A stretch of DNA of 64,000 bases, taken from assembly GCA_002633005.1 (NCBI GenBank), contig NMRA01000139.1:756816-820815 (forward strand), in the 5' to 3' direction. Below, piece by piece: positions 11,301 through 23,261 of this stretch. The notes under the pieces are model-generated. The model was not told the origin of the DNA and did not search any database. It saw nothing but the letters and a program-made list of their open reading frames with translations. Origin of the DNA: Phoronis australis (Eukaryota; Animalia; Phoronida). Each line of letters opens with the position of its first letter. The first letter of the stretch is position 1. Made by a program: the position numbers and the translations under genes.

Positions 11301-14300
11301 GTCGCGGGCAGTGATCGATCGAAGTAAAGAAAATCAAGGAAACCCCGATCCAGCGGCTTAAGCCCAAAGGAGTTCAGTGCATAGGAGGCGCATGCAAGTG
11401 GTGGCGATGTGATCGGTAAACTTCCAGCCAAGCATGCGCACTGATGCTCACACACGGAATGCAGTGTGCCATTCATCATGTTTCCACAGAGCCATTTTTT
11501 AGTACAGGTGGTGCTGTGTCAGAGGGTAGAGAAACGCCTTTTCGGTTGACGCCTATCTGGACTTTAGTTGGAGTGGTTAGAAAATACCGACCCTGTCAGC
11601 CAGCTAGAAAGTTTATTGTTCTTGGCCAGTCGATGACATTGGGAAAAAAGAAAATCATATACTGAGAGACGAATTAGTGGCAGACGTTTCGGCCTGGTCC
11701 GCCAGCCTATTATGATTAAATGGATTGGTTCCGGCCGTACAATGTGCGCTTCTAGTAGGTTGTTGTAGTTTTGGCTGTTTTATTGACTACCAAAACATAA
11801 AGGACGGCTACAAAATAATATAATAAGTTAGGATTATCCAAAGAAAATGCTAACAAACAGATTAAAAAAAAATTGAACAATACAGCTTCAATGCTTACAA
11901 CAATATATGCATACAGCAAAAGTGATGAAATTCAGTTCAGCTAAGTGATAGCAATCAATGGGCTTCAAAATTTGACAGCAAACTGGAACGTATGATTGAA
12001 AATAAGTTAATAGGAAAGGACATATAACAGATGTATACAGCATAATGTCTAGCTTTCGAAAAACATTCATGACTTCAGCTACAGTACATAGTTTGCTATT
12101 TGACAATTACGAAATGAATGCACAAGCGAGGTAACCAGCAGCGGCTTGCAATTATTGCATATGGAAAACGATAGTTAGGCAGCAAACAGTAGAAACATTC
12201 CAGTCAGGTCTGGCAAAGGGTCACTAAGTAATTTTGTGTTTCAGTGAGTGATTTTCTGATTTCCCAGTGTAAGTGTACTTGACTTTCACGCAGACGACTT
12301 TGAATATACTACGGAATGGAGCGACTGGAGTCCTTGCTCAGATACATGTGGTCAATCAACACGTCGACGACAGAAAGTTTGCGAGGAACCCGAGTTCATG
12401 GGGATGCCGTGTCCGAAACACTTTCCAGCAGAAATTGAGACTGATGTGTGCGAAACACGGACATGTGACTGTAAGTAATTCGGGCAGATGAAGATATCAC
12501 TCCTACAGGCACTTCTCAAAATATCACAGTACCGCATTTACCAAAAACCCTGCGCCAGTAGGAAACTCACCTGACAGTTTTGTCGGCTGCCGCACTGATC
12601 ACTTTATGTTCCCTTACATGTAGGGTTAGTTTGTCAGTCTTCATTCGGATAGCATTTGAGTTTTACTGTTTTACAGTTTGTTTCAACACATACCAAGAAT
12701 TCTAGAAATAGTCGCAATCAATGCTGTTATTACCCGACCCGACCAGGCCTGGATAGACAATAATTGCACAGATAATGGGTCCCCAGTAGGTTAAATACTC
12801 AGTTGGGTTCTAACTTTTCTGTGCTTACTTTGTTCACTATTGGCCAAAACCAGCGTTTATATTTACAATATGTGATTAACACTTACTCGTAAATTGTTGG
12901 CTACGTAATTGTCCAAATCTCGTGTGAAAAGACGATATGCCGCTAATGGTATGGTTGACACAACAATTGGCTGCAAACGGTAATTGCACACGTCCTCAGT
13001 TGGTCACATGTAATTTAGGGACCTGTGGTTCAATTCCCAGTCGGAGTTTCTGAATTTTCTGTGTTTATTTGAAAAGTATGTCCCTCGTACAATGTGATTT
13101 TGGGTTAAATCGATGATGTTGGGATTTTGCTTTGCATGGTCTCACAACGCGCTGGTGTACATAGCATGGTCTCACCACAACTTGATGTACACAGCATGGT
13201 CTCACTACAACTTGATGTACAAATGCACAGGTTTTGAATGTTTCCAAGGTCAAAGTCGTGATTAAACCTGGAACACCCTCATTCCCGATCAGTCACGAGA
13301 TAGCTCTGTACATTTGGTGTTACCCATTTAAAAACTCTTGTATATGACCCGTGAAGTGAACGATTTATCCATGCAATTCAAAACATAAACTGAATCCCAT
13401 AATTTAAGCGGGTCTGTGCAGTCATTGCGTTCTGTTGCGTTATAGCCGAGGGCAGTGGAGGGGACCAAGCATCTGGAGTCAACGTAGGACAAGTAACGGA
13501 TACAAACAGTTATCCCTTGTTAAACCACGCATCGCCAGGTAGTGCATTCGCTTTCCTCGATACTTACGGATGTTTTACTAAATCAGTGTTTTATACTTAC
13601 AGAGTCAAAGGGGGGAGGGTTCTATGCTCAATTGTAGTTGGGGCTTAACTCGAAATGCCGTTACAGCCGTTATTATTCACGCAGTCTATAGATGGAGAAT
13701 GACATGAACAAGATTTGAGTGTTACAAATATGGCTTTCTTCAATTATTTGAACTGCACATGCGCGGCTTGTGTATTCGGTGATCTTTTCTTCTTGCAAGC
13801 ATTAGGCGCTGCTCCACCTAGTACAAAGCTTTTATCGAGACGCCTTCATGCGGCGCCACCACTTCCCACTGAAAAGACAACCTACGAAGGGGTGCTGGAC
13901 GTGAACGAGCAAGACAGCGATGAAGGGCCGCCGGCTGCACTGGCCAACATTGGGTTCATCGAAAGCGCTAGAAACAGTGAAACTGAGCCGGTGACGGTAT
14001 TGGCGGAGTCCAATATACAACATCGTCGTACAAGCGTGAACGAAGAGTCTGGTATATGTGTCATATGTCTTTGCTGATGGTTTACATGAAGCACAACACC
14101 AAGCTATACACGAAAACAGTCGCGGATATTTATCGAATATGTTTGCAATTCTAAAGCAAGCATTCGGTATCCTAGTCTAGCCTCAAGTAAAAGATTGGTG
14201 ACACAGAACCTGATTTCGAGAACCTAAAGTGACATGGGTTTTGCATACCTACATAAAGGTGTTTGTGGAGGGGCGGTGGCATGTTCAGGGTATTTTCAAA

Positions 14301-17300
14301 AAACATGGCGAGGTACGCTGTGTAAGTTACCAGCAAGGATGTTCTACTCTTACTATTGCATACCTAAAACCTTCTGACATTGTTTTCATACAAGTTTTGT
14401 TTTCGTAGTAGCGAATTGTTCAAAGTCAGTATACAGTGTAGATAAATTTAAAATGTATACATGTAAGGTCCTAATCACAAAGATTGTTCTTTTGACCGTT
14501 ACCAACAGCTGTATGCTTGCCACCAAATAGCACCAGAATAACTTACACCAAAATCTGTACACAAAGTTTGTGTCATTTAATTACAGGACTCTCCGTATCG
14601 AGCGTGTTGGCCGGGTTTCGAGGTGAGTGTATTTTACTTTACCAATCTAACTTAGTCCACGATCGTGGTTTAGTTTAAGTTTATTCAAATGCTATTGTCT
14701 TAATTGCTTTAAGGATTTCCACGTGGTGTTCTGGGCTATAGATTATGTATCGAAAGAAAATTAATTTTTCTATGGCTCCCAAGGATTTAAAGACTTCCCC
14801 AGATTTCTTAATACCTTTTTATTGATCTGCGTCGAACAAGACGCGACGTAGCAGCTTACCTAGGTTTTGGTATCATAAGTCCCAAGACTAAGCACCCGAG
14901 AAACAGAGTATGGCATGTAATTTGGGCAAGGACCTATTTTCGGGGGACCAAACGCCCATTCATAGTTAAACACTGCATTTATGTCTCAATCGCATGGGAG
15001 AGCACCAGAGAAAGGGAAACCCACTTTAAGTACATCATTCTCTTGGTGTAAAGATCTTTCGTTGTCATTCCCTACAGTGCCAGGATCTTTGTCGACGATT
15101 CAAAAAGTTATGGTTGCGATGGTCTCAGTTACCCCAGTGACGCTAATAGTCGGGCTTCTTGGATGTATCCTCTATTTCGTGGACAAAGGCAGGCGGTGAG
15201 TAAACAGCAGACAAATGTTTCAGAGTTACCGTATTAAACCACGCAACTGTACACAAGGATAATCAGTTAATGTCGTGGTAGCTTCCCTATTCTGTCAAAC
15301 TCAAGAAGAGAACCGTGTAATAATAGAAGAGGATAACCCCAAATGACTGTTTGAAGTTTTGGTGGAGTTTCAGATGAAAGTCTCGTGGTTTTGCAAATTG
15401 TGAAATGGCAAGAAATAAGGACCAGGAGCCTATACCTTTATTTCAGGCACAGTGCATTGCATGTCAGCATATTTCTATCCACTCCTCTTAACTGTTACAT
15501 ATATGTTTGACAAAAAGCAACCTCAGCATGCTTAGTGCTGTGAAAGTCAACAAATCCATTTTGTGTTTTTTTCTTGTGTTGTTGCATCGTTATTTTTTGG
15601 ATTTTACACATATCATCCTTGACACTTTGGTGTAAACTGAGGCAAAATAAGGCATACTTACAGCCAACATGTCTTTAGCTGGGTCATGTAATTTCTTCAT
15701 ACAAAAATCAATATCGAAGTCCGCATAATTTAGTGATGCTCGAAAGTTTATTTTCTGAGTAGTCTCAAATTCCAATTTTTGTTCTAAAGGAAAAACATTT
15801 GTATGTAGGACTACAATAGCTTTTATTCTTGAGGAAAAACTTCCGTTGATAAACCAATGTCTTACAGTCGAAATTTTCCTAACAATATCAAATTTGGACC
15901 TTCTTTCTGTCCAATTCTTGCGGCCACAACATTTCGCCGTACATGTATATAAGACCAGGTGTTGTGATTTCTGGCAATAAGCCATGATTGTTCTATCACA
16001 ATTAAGTGGCTAAAACCATTGCATACAAATATTTGATTGAAAATAGAAACAAAACTGCACGTACATGTATTGCAAAGGTTACAATAGAATGCATAGATCG
16101 AAATAGTTTGAAATTGAATTGACTTCTGATTCGAATATCAGATGTGAACGGCTAATTTGAAGTTCTTGAATGCGTCAGATGATACAGACTACAGAGGTTA
16201 AAAAGCAGGAGAGTACTTTGGACTTGAAACGGTATCCGTTTCAATCTAGTACATCACTTAAGGGATTTTTCAGGTATTTTATGTACATTAGAAGCACGTG
16301 TAACCACCTATTTACCCGAATATTGAAATAATTCACAAGAACAGAAGTTTATTACGCGTTAATTAATTCTTTTATAGAGTGCACTTGGAGTATCTAATTA
16401 TGTTTGAGACAAGTGGAGCATGTGCTTGAAAATAACAATAGGTAACTTGAGAAGAAGGAAAAAAGTCTTTTATTTCATATTATTTTTAACCATTTTGAAG
16501 TTGTGCCATAGAATTGCTTTTACAGGGTCAAATACTGTAGATTCTACATCGTCTCATGACGTTATGTTAAAATATATCAAAGCTTACTCGTCCCTTCGTA
16601 AAGGAGTTTTTATATATTTTTAACATGTGATTTAAATATTTCAAATGGAATATAGGATATTGAATGTTATTACTACATGCCAAAATTCACACAAAATGAG
16701 AAAAAAAAATCGACTACATCAGGAAAAATTGTTGCACAAAGTATTAGAATACAAAAAATCTTAGATCAAACACTAAGTCTGATAAGAGACATGTGCCACT
16801 ATCCTCAAAAGCACTTTGGACACTTTATGCAACCGGCCTTTTCTTGAATGCTTGTGATGAATATGCATATTAGATGCCATTGTTAGTTACCCTTTACCTG
16901 ATTTGTAAAATTATTCTACAAGTACTGGTATTAATGGCACACCATTCACAAATCCACCCAAAAGTAGTTGGTTTAATCATTTTATTCTGTCGTATGCGTT
17001 AACACATGTAATCTTGACATCAGGACAATTTCCGCTTCAGCACCATTAAAATTGTTAAGAAATAAGAGACGGGACTGGATATTCATTGGTCTATAAAAAA
17101 GTGTAGTAATGTTGATATCAAACAGCTAATACTACGCAAACCATATTTTAACATTTCAGTTTAGTTTTTACGTTTGGCTACAGGTGTAGCAGCACGTCCG
17201 GCCTCTCGATTTGGTCACGGTTGCATTGCGTTGAAGCAGCGCATAACATACCTTGCAAATCCAAATTCGATAACCATGGATGGTTTAGTCTCACACCTCT

Positions 17301-20300
17301 TTATACGTGCTGAACATCTACACATGTACATTTGCCCCTTGTAATTTGCACAGGCGGAAAATTCCATCAACAGACGGTGAACAGGTCGGGCTTCTCGAAG
17401 GATACCCGGAAGATTTCGACGACAAAAGAAAAAGCTTTAGGCGTAAGTTGAATTGAAATTATTGCATGTAAAATAAAAGAGAATGCCACCCGATTTAATT
17501 ACTATTTTTTACCGTCTTAATCGGTCTATATCCACATCACCTCGTGTATGGTCGATCTTTTCTCGCCGAGAGGTGTCGCGTTAACTTTGAGGAAGGTGAG
17601 AAACGACGAAGCGACGACAGTGGTTCTTCTGCAGAATGAGTGCCGCAGTGGAGTGTTATATCGTTGCCTTGTGGCTGTGAAATATGAAAAGTACGCCGTT
17701 AATACCAAGTATGAGGCCATGAAACTTCTCCGCGTCTGTGTGCGGCATTTTGTCGGCAGTGATTTCACTGACGATCGAATGTCGGCTTACTAAAGGGCTC
17801 ATGCCACGACAGAAAAGAGACTTAGGCTGAAGACAGATGTTGTGCGTTGTGTGTTTACGTTCGGCAGGAGGCAAAGAAACGCAGGTGGCTTGTTGTTCAG
17901 TTGGTGATTATGGAGAATTGTANCGGATTTCGCCTACCGCCCGTTTAAAATACACGGGACGAAATTAGTACAGAACGCGATAGAACGTATTGTAGTGCGA
18001 ATCTGAAGTTCATTTGCCATAACAGCAATGCTTTTGGGCATTTTTCGAACTAAACGGCTAAAAACTCGAAGACAATAACAGAATACACTTTGCTACCGTA
18101 TTGCCTATTGGGCAAATGACCAAACGACAAGCTTTTGCCCCACTTCCCGTGACGTCACAGTTAAGTCTCACATAATCTCGCGTTATTGTTAGAAACTCGC
18201 AAAAGGCCTATTGTAGTGGGCCACGAAAACATAAAAAATTACAATTAATTCATGGCATGGGGACATAAAATTTTATATAACCTGTTTGGTGACTCAATGG
18301 TTCGCCAGGCTTCTGCCAACTCTTTTCCTAGCCGTAAAACATCGTAAGCGGACCTCTTTTCACACGCTGTGCAAAATCAGGGTGTGAGTCCGTGAGAAAC
18401 ATCTGCGATTTTATATCCTATGGTTATATGTTTGAGAATCTTTATTTAGATATTCGTATACATGTAAATTATTCGAATCATTGTTACTGTGCAACTTTTG
18501 CTCTGACAGTTCTGTGGAAGGATAAATTGACTTGGCGGTCTTCGACGATCTAGTAATTAGACTTCAAATTTCGCGGCTAATTCTCAAAAATAATCACGTG
18601 CACATTATTTCTCTGGATCACTAGCACAGTCTTTTCGTGACTGTAAGGTTAGTTTGCAAATTTGGCTGATTTATGTTCGTGATGCCATCAGTTCGGCCGT
18701 GACGGGCCTCGTCGAGTTCCGAGCAACTGGCCGGGATACCAAGCGTTTTGTGTGTTTAGAACTAAAAAAATTGCATTTCTAAAATTATAACACACAGCTA
18801 TGATCTCCTGTCTGTATTTCACGGACGAATAATTCGAATTTACCACCGAACAGACTCCTGCGAACGACATTGGTAAATTGGCCTACCTTACTTTGTAGAT
18901 TAAATCAGTTTTCAGCCACAATAAGATCAAAACCGGACGATCGCCGTACAAATAATAGCACCGTTGTTGCATCTGTGTATCGTAAGCCCAGTTTTTCTGG
19001 GCTTTATCTTAAATTTGATAGTTTTGTGCCTATCCAGTACAAGAGAGGTCTAGTCAATTGCTTGTTACACCGTGCCTGTAGAATCTGCTCCACAAATTTA
19101 AATTTTGATAGTGCCGTAGGTATGATTTTCCAGTTATTGCGTTCCAATGGTTACAATCTAAATTTTCTGAATAGCTGTAAAAGGCAATTTCTTTCAAAAA
19201 TGAATGAGGCAGATAAAATAGCTGTTATTTGACCCGAGAAAAAGAAAGTTTTCTTTTCTCTTGGTTACAACGGGCGAAGTGGTATAAAATTGAAACGCCA
19301 ATTATGTCGCCTTATTCATTGCATAGACCCAGCAGTTGAACTGATAGTTGTTTTCAAACCCCTTCGAAAACTTTCCAATATGCTGTGTCAACTGAAGTCA
19401 CCCATCCTTTATTGAACAAGAGCAATGTTGTGTATAAGGATGAATGTGACAACTGTAAGGAATTCTATATCGGACTCACACAGAGACGCCTCTGTGACAG
19501 GTTGAAAGAACATCACACCTCAGAGAAAACATATATAGACATTGTATTAGCTACAATCTCCAAGCCAACTCTGTTAGTATTATCTGCAGAAAAACTAATA
19601 AGGAGTTAGTGTACATTAAAGAGTCATTGGCCATTCAGAAACAGCATTTCACTGATTCTCTGAATAACATGCAGAGTTCTGCGAACCTGCAGCTATGGTG
19701 ATGACCAGCTACTGACCATATTCTATGTATCTCTCGCTTCACTCTATGAATGTTACCTGAGCTGTATGTTGGCACTTGTTGTCCTAAACTTTTGTAAATA
19801 TGATCCTGATGATGTCTAATGAAAAGACGAAACGTTGAATTGAACATGATTTTTTATTTGTGCGGCGATCGTCCGGTTTTTTGATCTTACTTTGTAAGCT
19901 ACGCTACGTCCAAATTCCTTTAAATCCGTAACAGCCAATAAAACAACACGCTTGTTCAATAACAAGATGCATTTTAAGGGGTTTACATCCAGTTACGATG
20001 ATTTATTGGTGTAAAACGATGAATTCAAGCGATAAGCTGACACCAGTATGCATGTTGTGAACTGCTGAACAGACTGCGTTTGAACCTCTCACCTGATTGG
20101 TTAATTTCAACACCTGCCATCAGGTGTCATGTAAAAGACCTGTGCTCGCTGTTATCGAGTTTAACTACTGGATATAAATTGATACAAAATAGGTTGTTTT
20201 TGGGTGGCATTCTCCTTTAAGGGAAACAAGTTTTAATTGTTCAATTGGCACAGCTACATGTACATGTAATTCCAGTTAGGTGGCACACCGCTGACACTGT

Positions 20301-23261
20301 TTTTGGTACACGGAGCCCGAATTCTTTCACATATCTAAACCTAGTTCTTAAATTCCAGTTATTTGACATACATGTACCTAACACTAGTTCTATGACATAG
20401 TGACACAAAGTATCAAATCCAAGTGCTTTGACAGACATAACATCAGTTATTTGGCACGCCTTATTCAAGTTATTGGGCTTGCCTAACTCAAGTTCCTTCC
20501 AGCCAACCAATGTCCTTTGGCACACCTATCCGCAATTACACGTGTTTGTTATCACAAAGTTTGAGACTACCTACACGTCAGTGTGGCTGGTTATCCTGTT
20601 TACAAAAACTAGGAATGCGGAGGACATGTGTCATTGGTTAGTTGTAAAAGGTTGTACAAAATCAGTGGCGTGAAGTGATGGTGAATTTCAGAACAACTGC
20701 AGAATTCCAGATTTTTCTGTCGATAGCTGGACTCTGGGGTTGCTGCCACGCCGAGGGGAGGCATAACTCTTTCTTTTTTTGCACTGACGATAACTTTACT
20801 GATGTTTTCGGATACTTCCACAAGCACCCATTTTTAACCTATTCATGTTTTGGGCTGGCGAATCCTGTTGCTTACCTTCGTCTATACATTGTATGTAACT
20901 GTAAGAGATGCCCAGGACAGAATTGTCTTAAGTCCCTATTCATGTAACAATTTCCAAGCTTCTTGACGTGAAGAGGGTCTCCTGTCTATCTGTAAATCTA
21001 TTTGAATTTCTATCCAATATGGAAACATTTTCCCAATCAATGATACGCGTATGGTTGGTTCGCATTGCACGATCAGTTAATGGTGCTCCCTGAAGCCTTA
21101 CGCTTACTACGACTTACATGGCGGGCAGTCTCTGACTAAAAGCCTTTCCCGTTTTCAGAAACTACCTAGTTTTCGACAAATGAATGCAGGTGTGGTAAGG
21201 TATTCCTTGTGCAGTGTCCTCTACATGTACGCGTTTCGTGCTGTATCCGCCCTTGGCACTTTTCAGTTGATTTGCTTTAAATTTGAAAACAGGCCTACAA
21301 TAGCATTTTCGATATCTCTTGATTCACCAGATTCTCATAATGTCGGTCTTATTAAACTCACGGCAAACCTGCAACTGCAAATAAAATAAAGATCTCCTGG
21401 GCTATTTGATTGGCACATTACACATTCCAATTCTTCCATTTGGAATTTCCTCTACATGGAAACCAAAGTTAACTATGATTGTTGTTTACCTGATTGTTGT
21501 TTTGAAAGAGATTGATAATAAAAGGCCAACAACCTCGATTTTTACATTCTTCAAAAGGCTTAGCATTGAAACTGTTTTCTCATTTACGCTACTTTTTCTT
21601 TACCATCTGCACCAGCTGCAGTTAAGTTTTTAAGCAACGATTCATTCCTTACGAGCTGCGAACCTCTAAAATACAATAATTGTGAAAATACACTATACAT
21701 ATTTCGAAAGAACTATGTAAGTCTCCGTCTGCGAAAACTGGCTCTTTCTGTATATCATTATTTGTTGTTGGGCTTAGCAAGGTGACCATTGTTTTTGCTT
21801 CTGAGGTTGGTGTTTTAATAATAGCCGAAACATGTCAAGACAATTTAAATTCATCGTTGTTTTTATCAACAAACTATTTCTTCATATTAATACTGTTTTT
21901 GTTATGTAGATAAGAGGTCGAGCGACACTTTCAACAAATCCGAGTTTCCATCTGGCGACGACTTAGGGAGGCGTACTAGTAAGAGAGGGAGTAAGCAATC
22001 GAAACGTAAAAGCATGATTAGTCAACAGCAGGATGCAGTAGAAGAGGGGGAAGACGAGCTATTCGATGCACTGGAAGAATTCCCTTTAGAGGAGGGTGAA
22101 AACGAAGGAGCAGGTAATGAGGAAGTTGAGAATGAGGGAAAAGGTTTAGAAGAAGGTGAAGACAATCAAGATGAGATCGCCTCCAACGAAGCGGAGGACT
22201 CCGTTGTGGTTGAGAACCAGAATGCAAGGAGTCGACCTAGTCGGAGGGCTGTCGTCAACCGGAACGAGAACTCGTCGTCGAGGGCTAAGATTCCTGTGAG
22301 ATCTCACGAGTCTGGCGCGAGACGCAATGACGTCAAAGGGCCTCTTGAAAATCTCGTAGACAAAGTTATCCAGAACGCAGTGCTGAGTGAAGAAAATAAA
22401 ATTCTGCGTGAAAAAAGAACAACTAAGCACTCCGTGAATCAGACTAAAGGCAAATTCTCGCACAATAAATATTTGATTGAAGAAGTGAGTCGTCCAAAAA
22501 GAGATCTGACAACACACAGACATCAAAAGAAAAACATGTCCGAGGTTACTCAGAGTTTAAAATTTCCTTTGGACAAAAACACAGACCCGCGCACGCGTAA
22601 TAAAACGATTTCAGTAAGTGAGAGGCACTCGGGTATGAGAGTCAGACAAAAAGATGACAACAAGTCCGCACCTAACACACCGACAACTTCATCAGGAAAT
22701 AATAAGCGGGAAGGCAGACTAAATAATCAAGAAGGTTTGCAAAGCACCTCACATATGAAATACATTCGTGAGGATGCAAGGTTAACACAGGGCGAATCTG
22801 ACTTGAAAATTTTGGATAGGCACTCTGAGAATCAACAGCTAAGACCACAGTGGCCCAGAGTTTCACCAGAAGAAAGTAAACCGGACAAGCGAAAACCTCA
22901 GCCACGAGAATTTGATGCGTCGACCTCAAGAGAGGGCGTCACACAGAAACGATCTGAAATATCCGAGTTGCCGTTACAAGCAGTTCAAACTAACAACGGC
23001 ACCCGTATTTCACCAACAAAAGATACTTTACCGAGGAGGCGGAAAACGCCTGAAAAACACAAAAGGAAAAGTCCCATTAAAGTTAGAGGAAGATCCAAGT
23101 CTAAAGAAAGTGGCAGGCACGAGATCAAGCGGTCTCCCGAGAGTGCCTCTATACAAGACCTTCCTGGCTATGGCGCTAGTGCCTGGATAATAGACAGCAA
23201 AAGAACCCCCTCAAATGATGAAAAGTACTCCATACCCGGGTACGGACATCAGAACATTTAG
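5293..23261 (+). CDS. Gene A: type-I membrane protein, signal peptide - F-type lectin - kringle-like - TSP1 - stalk - TM - long disordered tail (about 943 aa, 11 exons)
   Basis: Exons 5293-5371, 7755-7994, 8917-9132, 10501-10680, 12294-12470, 13446-13538, 13800-14051, 14587-14622, 15078-15195, 17354-17442, 21910-23261. All junctions are GT-AG with compatible phases. The total of 2832 nt is one open frame. Most exons have a counterpart in gene B or C. AATAAA at 23295. Confidence 0.85.
7755..7994 (+). CDS. Gene A exon 2, F-type lectin domain N-half
   Basis: NLAYKRTTSQS...AVDGN...SCTRT....PYWRV...VMITNR. 240 nt, identical in length to exon 2 of B and C. Confidence 0.93.
8917..9132 (+). CDS. Gene A exon 3, F-type lectin domain C-half
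   Basis: WHLNNFAVNV...CYHF...LKC...G..LEI....FLTLCEVAVFG. 216 nt as in B and C. Confidence 0.93.
9257..9385. repeat. Short dispersed repeat (CAGCACTGAAA..GGGGGCTATAGCCC..CCTATGATGCACC); copies near 31670 and 32490-32550
   Basis: Direct sequence similarity between the copies. Two tandem partial units at this site. Confidence 0.55.
9393..9559. mobile_element. Short CAGTGGCGGATCTAG...GATCCGCC-type MITE; relatives at 43676-43826, 44000-44155, 46125-46346 and a left end at about 57271
   Basis: Imperfect terminal inverted repeats with internal G-runs on the left and C-runs on the right in each copy. Confidence 0.6.
10501..10680 (+). CDS. Gene A exon 4, shortened kringle-like module
   Basis: GWYKPGTEEIESPVDVDYRGRPCASDAGKYCSMQANGEKLDKPKCFVAKALQACTIPPYF, tag|...|gttagt. 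Aligns with exon 4 of B and C. Absent from the ORF track. Confidence 0.9.
12294..12470 (+). CDS. Gene A exon 5, thrombospondin type-1 repeat
   Basis: DDFEYTTEWSDWSPCSDTCGQSTRRRQKVCEEPEFMGMPCPKHFPAEIETDVCETRTCD: WxxWxxCSxTCG, RxRxxxC and 6 Cys. Confidence 0.93.
13134..13223. repeat. 30-bp minisatellite, 3 copies
   Basis: Unit GCATGGTCTCAC(C/T)ACAACTTGATGTACA(C/A)A. Confidence 0.85.
13446..13538 (+). CDS. Gene A exon 6, stalk
   Basis: SEGSGGDQASGVNVGQVTDTNSYPLLNHASP, phase 1-1. NVGxVxDT matches gene C exon 6. Confidence 0.75.
13800..14051 (+). CDS. Gene A exon 7, P/S/T/E-rich stalk
   Basis: ALGAAPPSTKLLSRR...PPAALANIG...TVLAESNIQHRRTSVNEES. An alternative in-frame acceptor starts at 13806. 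Partly homologous to the gene B stalk exons. Confidence 0.8.
14587..14622 (+). CDS. Gene A exon 8, 36-nt stalk exon
   Basis: ttacag|GLSVSSVLAGFR|gtgagt, phase 1-1. Confidence 0.6.
15078..15195 (+). CDS. Gene A exon 9, transmembrane helix
   Basis: VPGSLSTIQKVMVAMVSVTPVTLIVGLLGCILYFVDKGRR: hydrophobic span then basic stop-transfer residues. Phase 1-2. Homologous to 40602-40698. Confidence 0.88.
17354..17442 (+). CDS. Gene A exon 10, juxtamembrane cytoplasmic
   Basis: RKIPSTDGEQVGLLEGYPEDFDDKRKSFR, phase 2-1. Homologous to 41306-41397. Confidence 0.8.
17477..20216 (+). mobile_element. Kolobok-like non-autonomous DNA transposon copy 1 (THAP remnant) with a nested Penelope element
   Basis: TIR A(A/G)GAGAATGCCACCC...GGGTGGCATTCTCCT, flanked by ATAA and TTAA. 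THAP-like LRVCVRHFVGSDF near 17727-17766. Internal similarity to 54306-56024. Confidence 0.8.
18898..19885 (+). mobile_element. 5'-truncated Penelope-like retroelement (RT C-terminus plus GIY-YIG endonuclease), decayed
   Basis: SVYRKPSFSGLYLKFDSFVPIQYKRGLVNCLLHRACRICS...LRSNGY, then KSNVVYKDECDNCKEFYIGLTQRRLCDRLKEH. Stops and frameshifts are present. The 11-bp direct repeat CTTACTTTGTA lies at 18887-18897 and 19886-19896. Confidence 0.9.
21910..23261 (+). CDS. Gene A terminal exon, about 450-aa disordered acidic/basic cytoplasmic tail
   Basis: The acceptor gttatgtag| continues in frame into ORF 22014-23261. The N-terminal part aligns with the gene B terminal exon (ELF/YD..EEFPL, ENQNARS, IPVR.H..G..RND). 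Confidence 0.88.

Noticed and set aside
22014-23261. 415-aa ORF as a stand-alone intronless gene
   Set aside because: The frame is open upstream to a phase-compatible acceptor at 21910 and it aligns with gene B's terminal exon.
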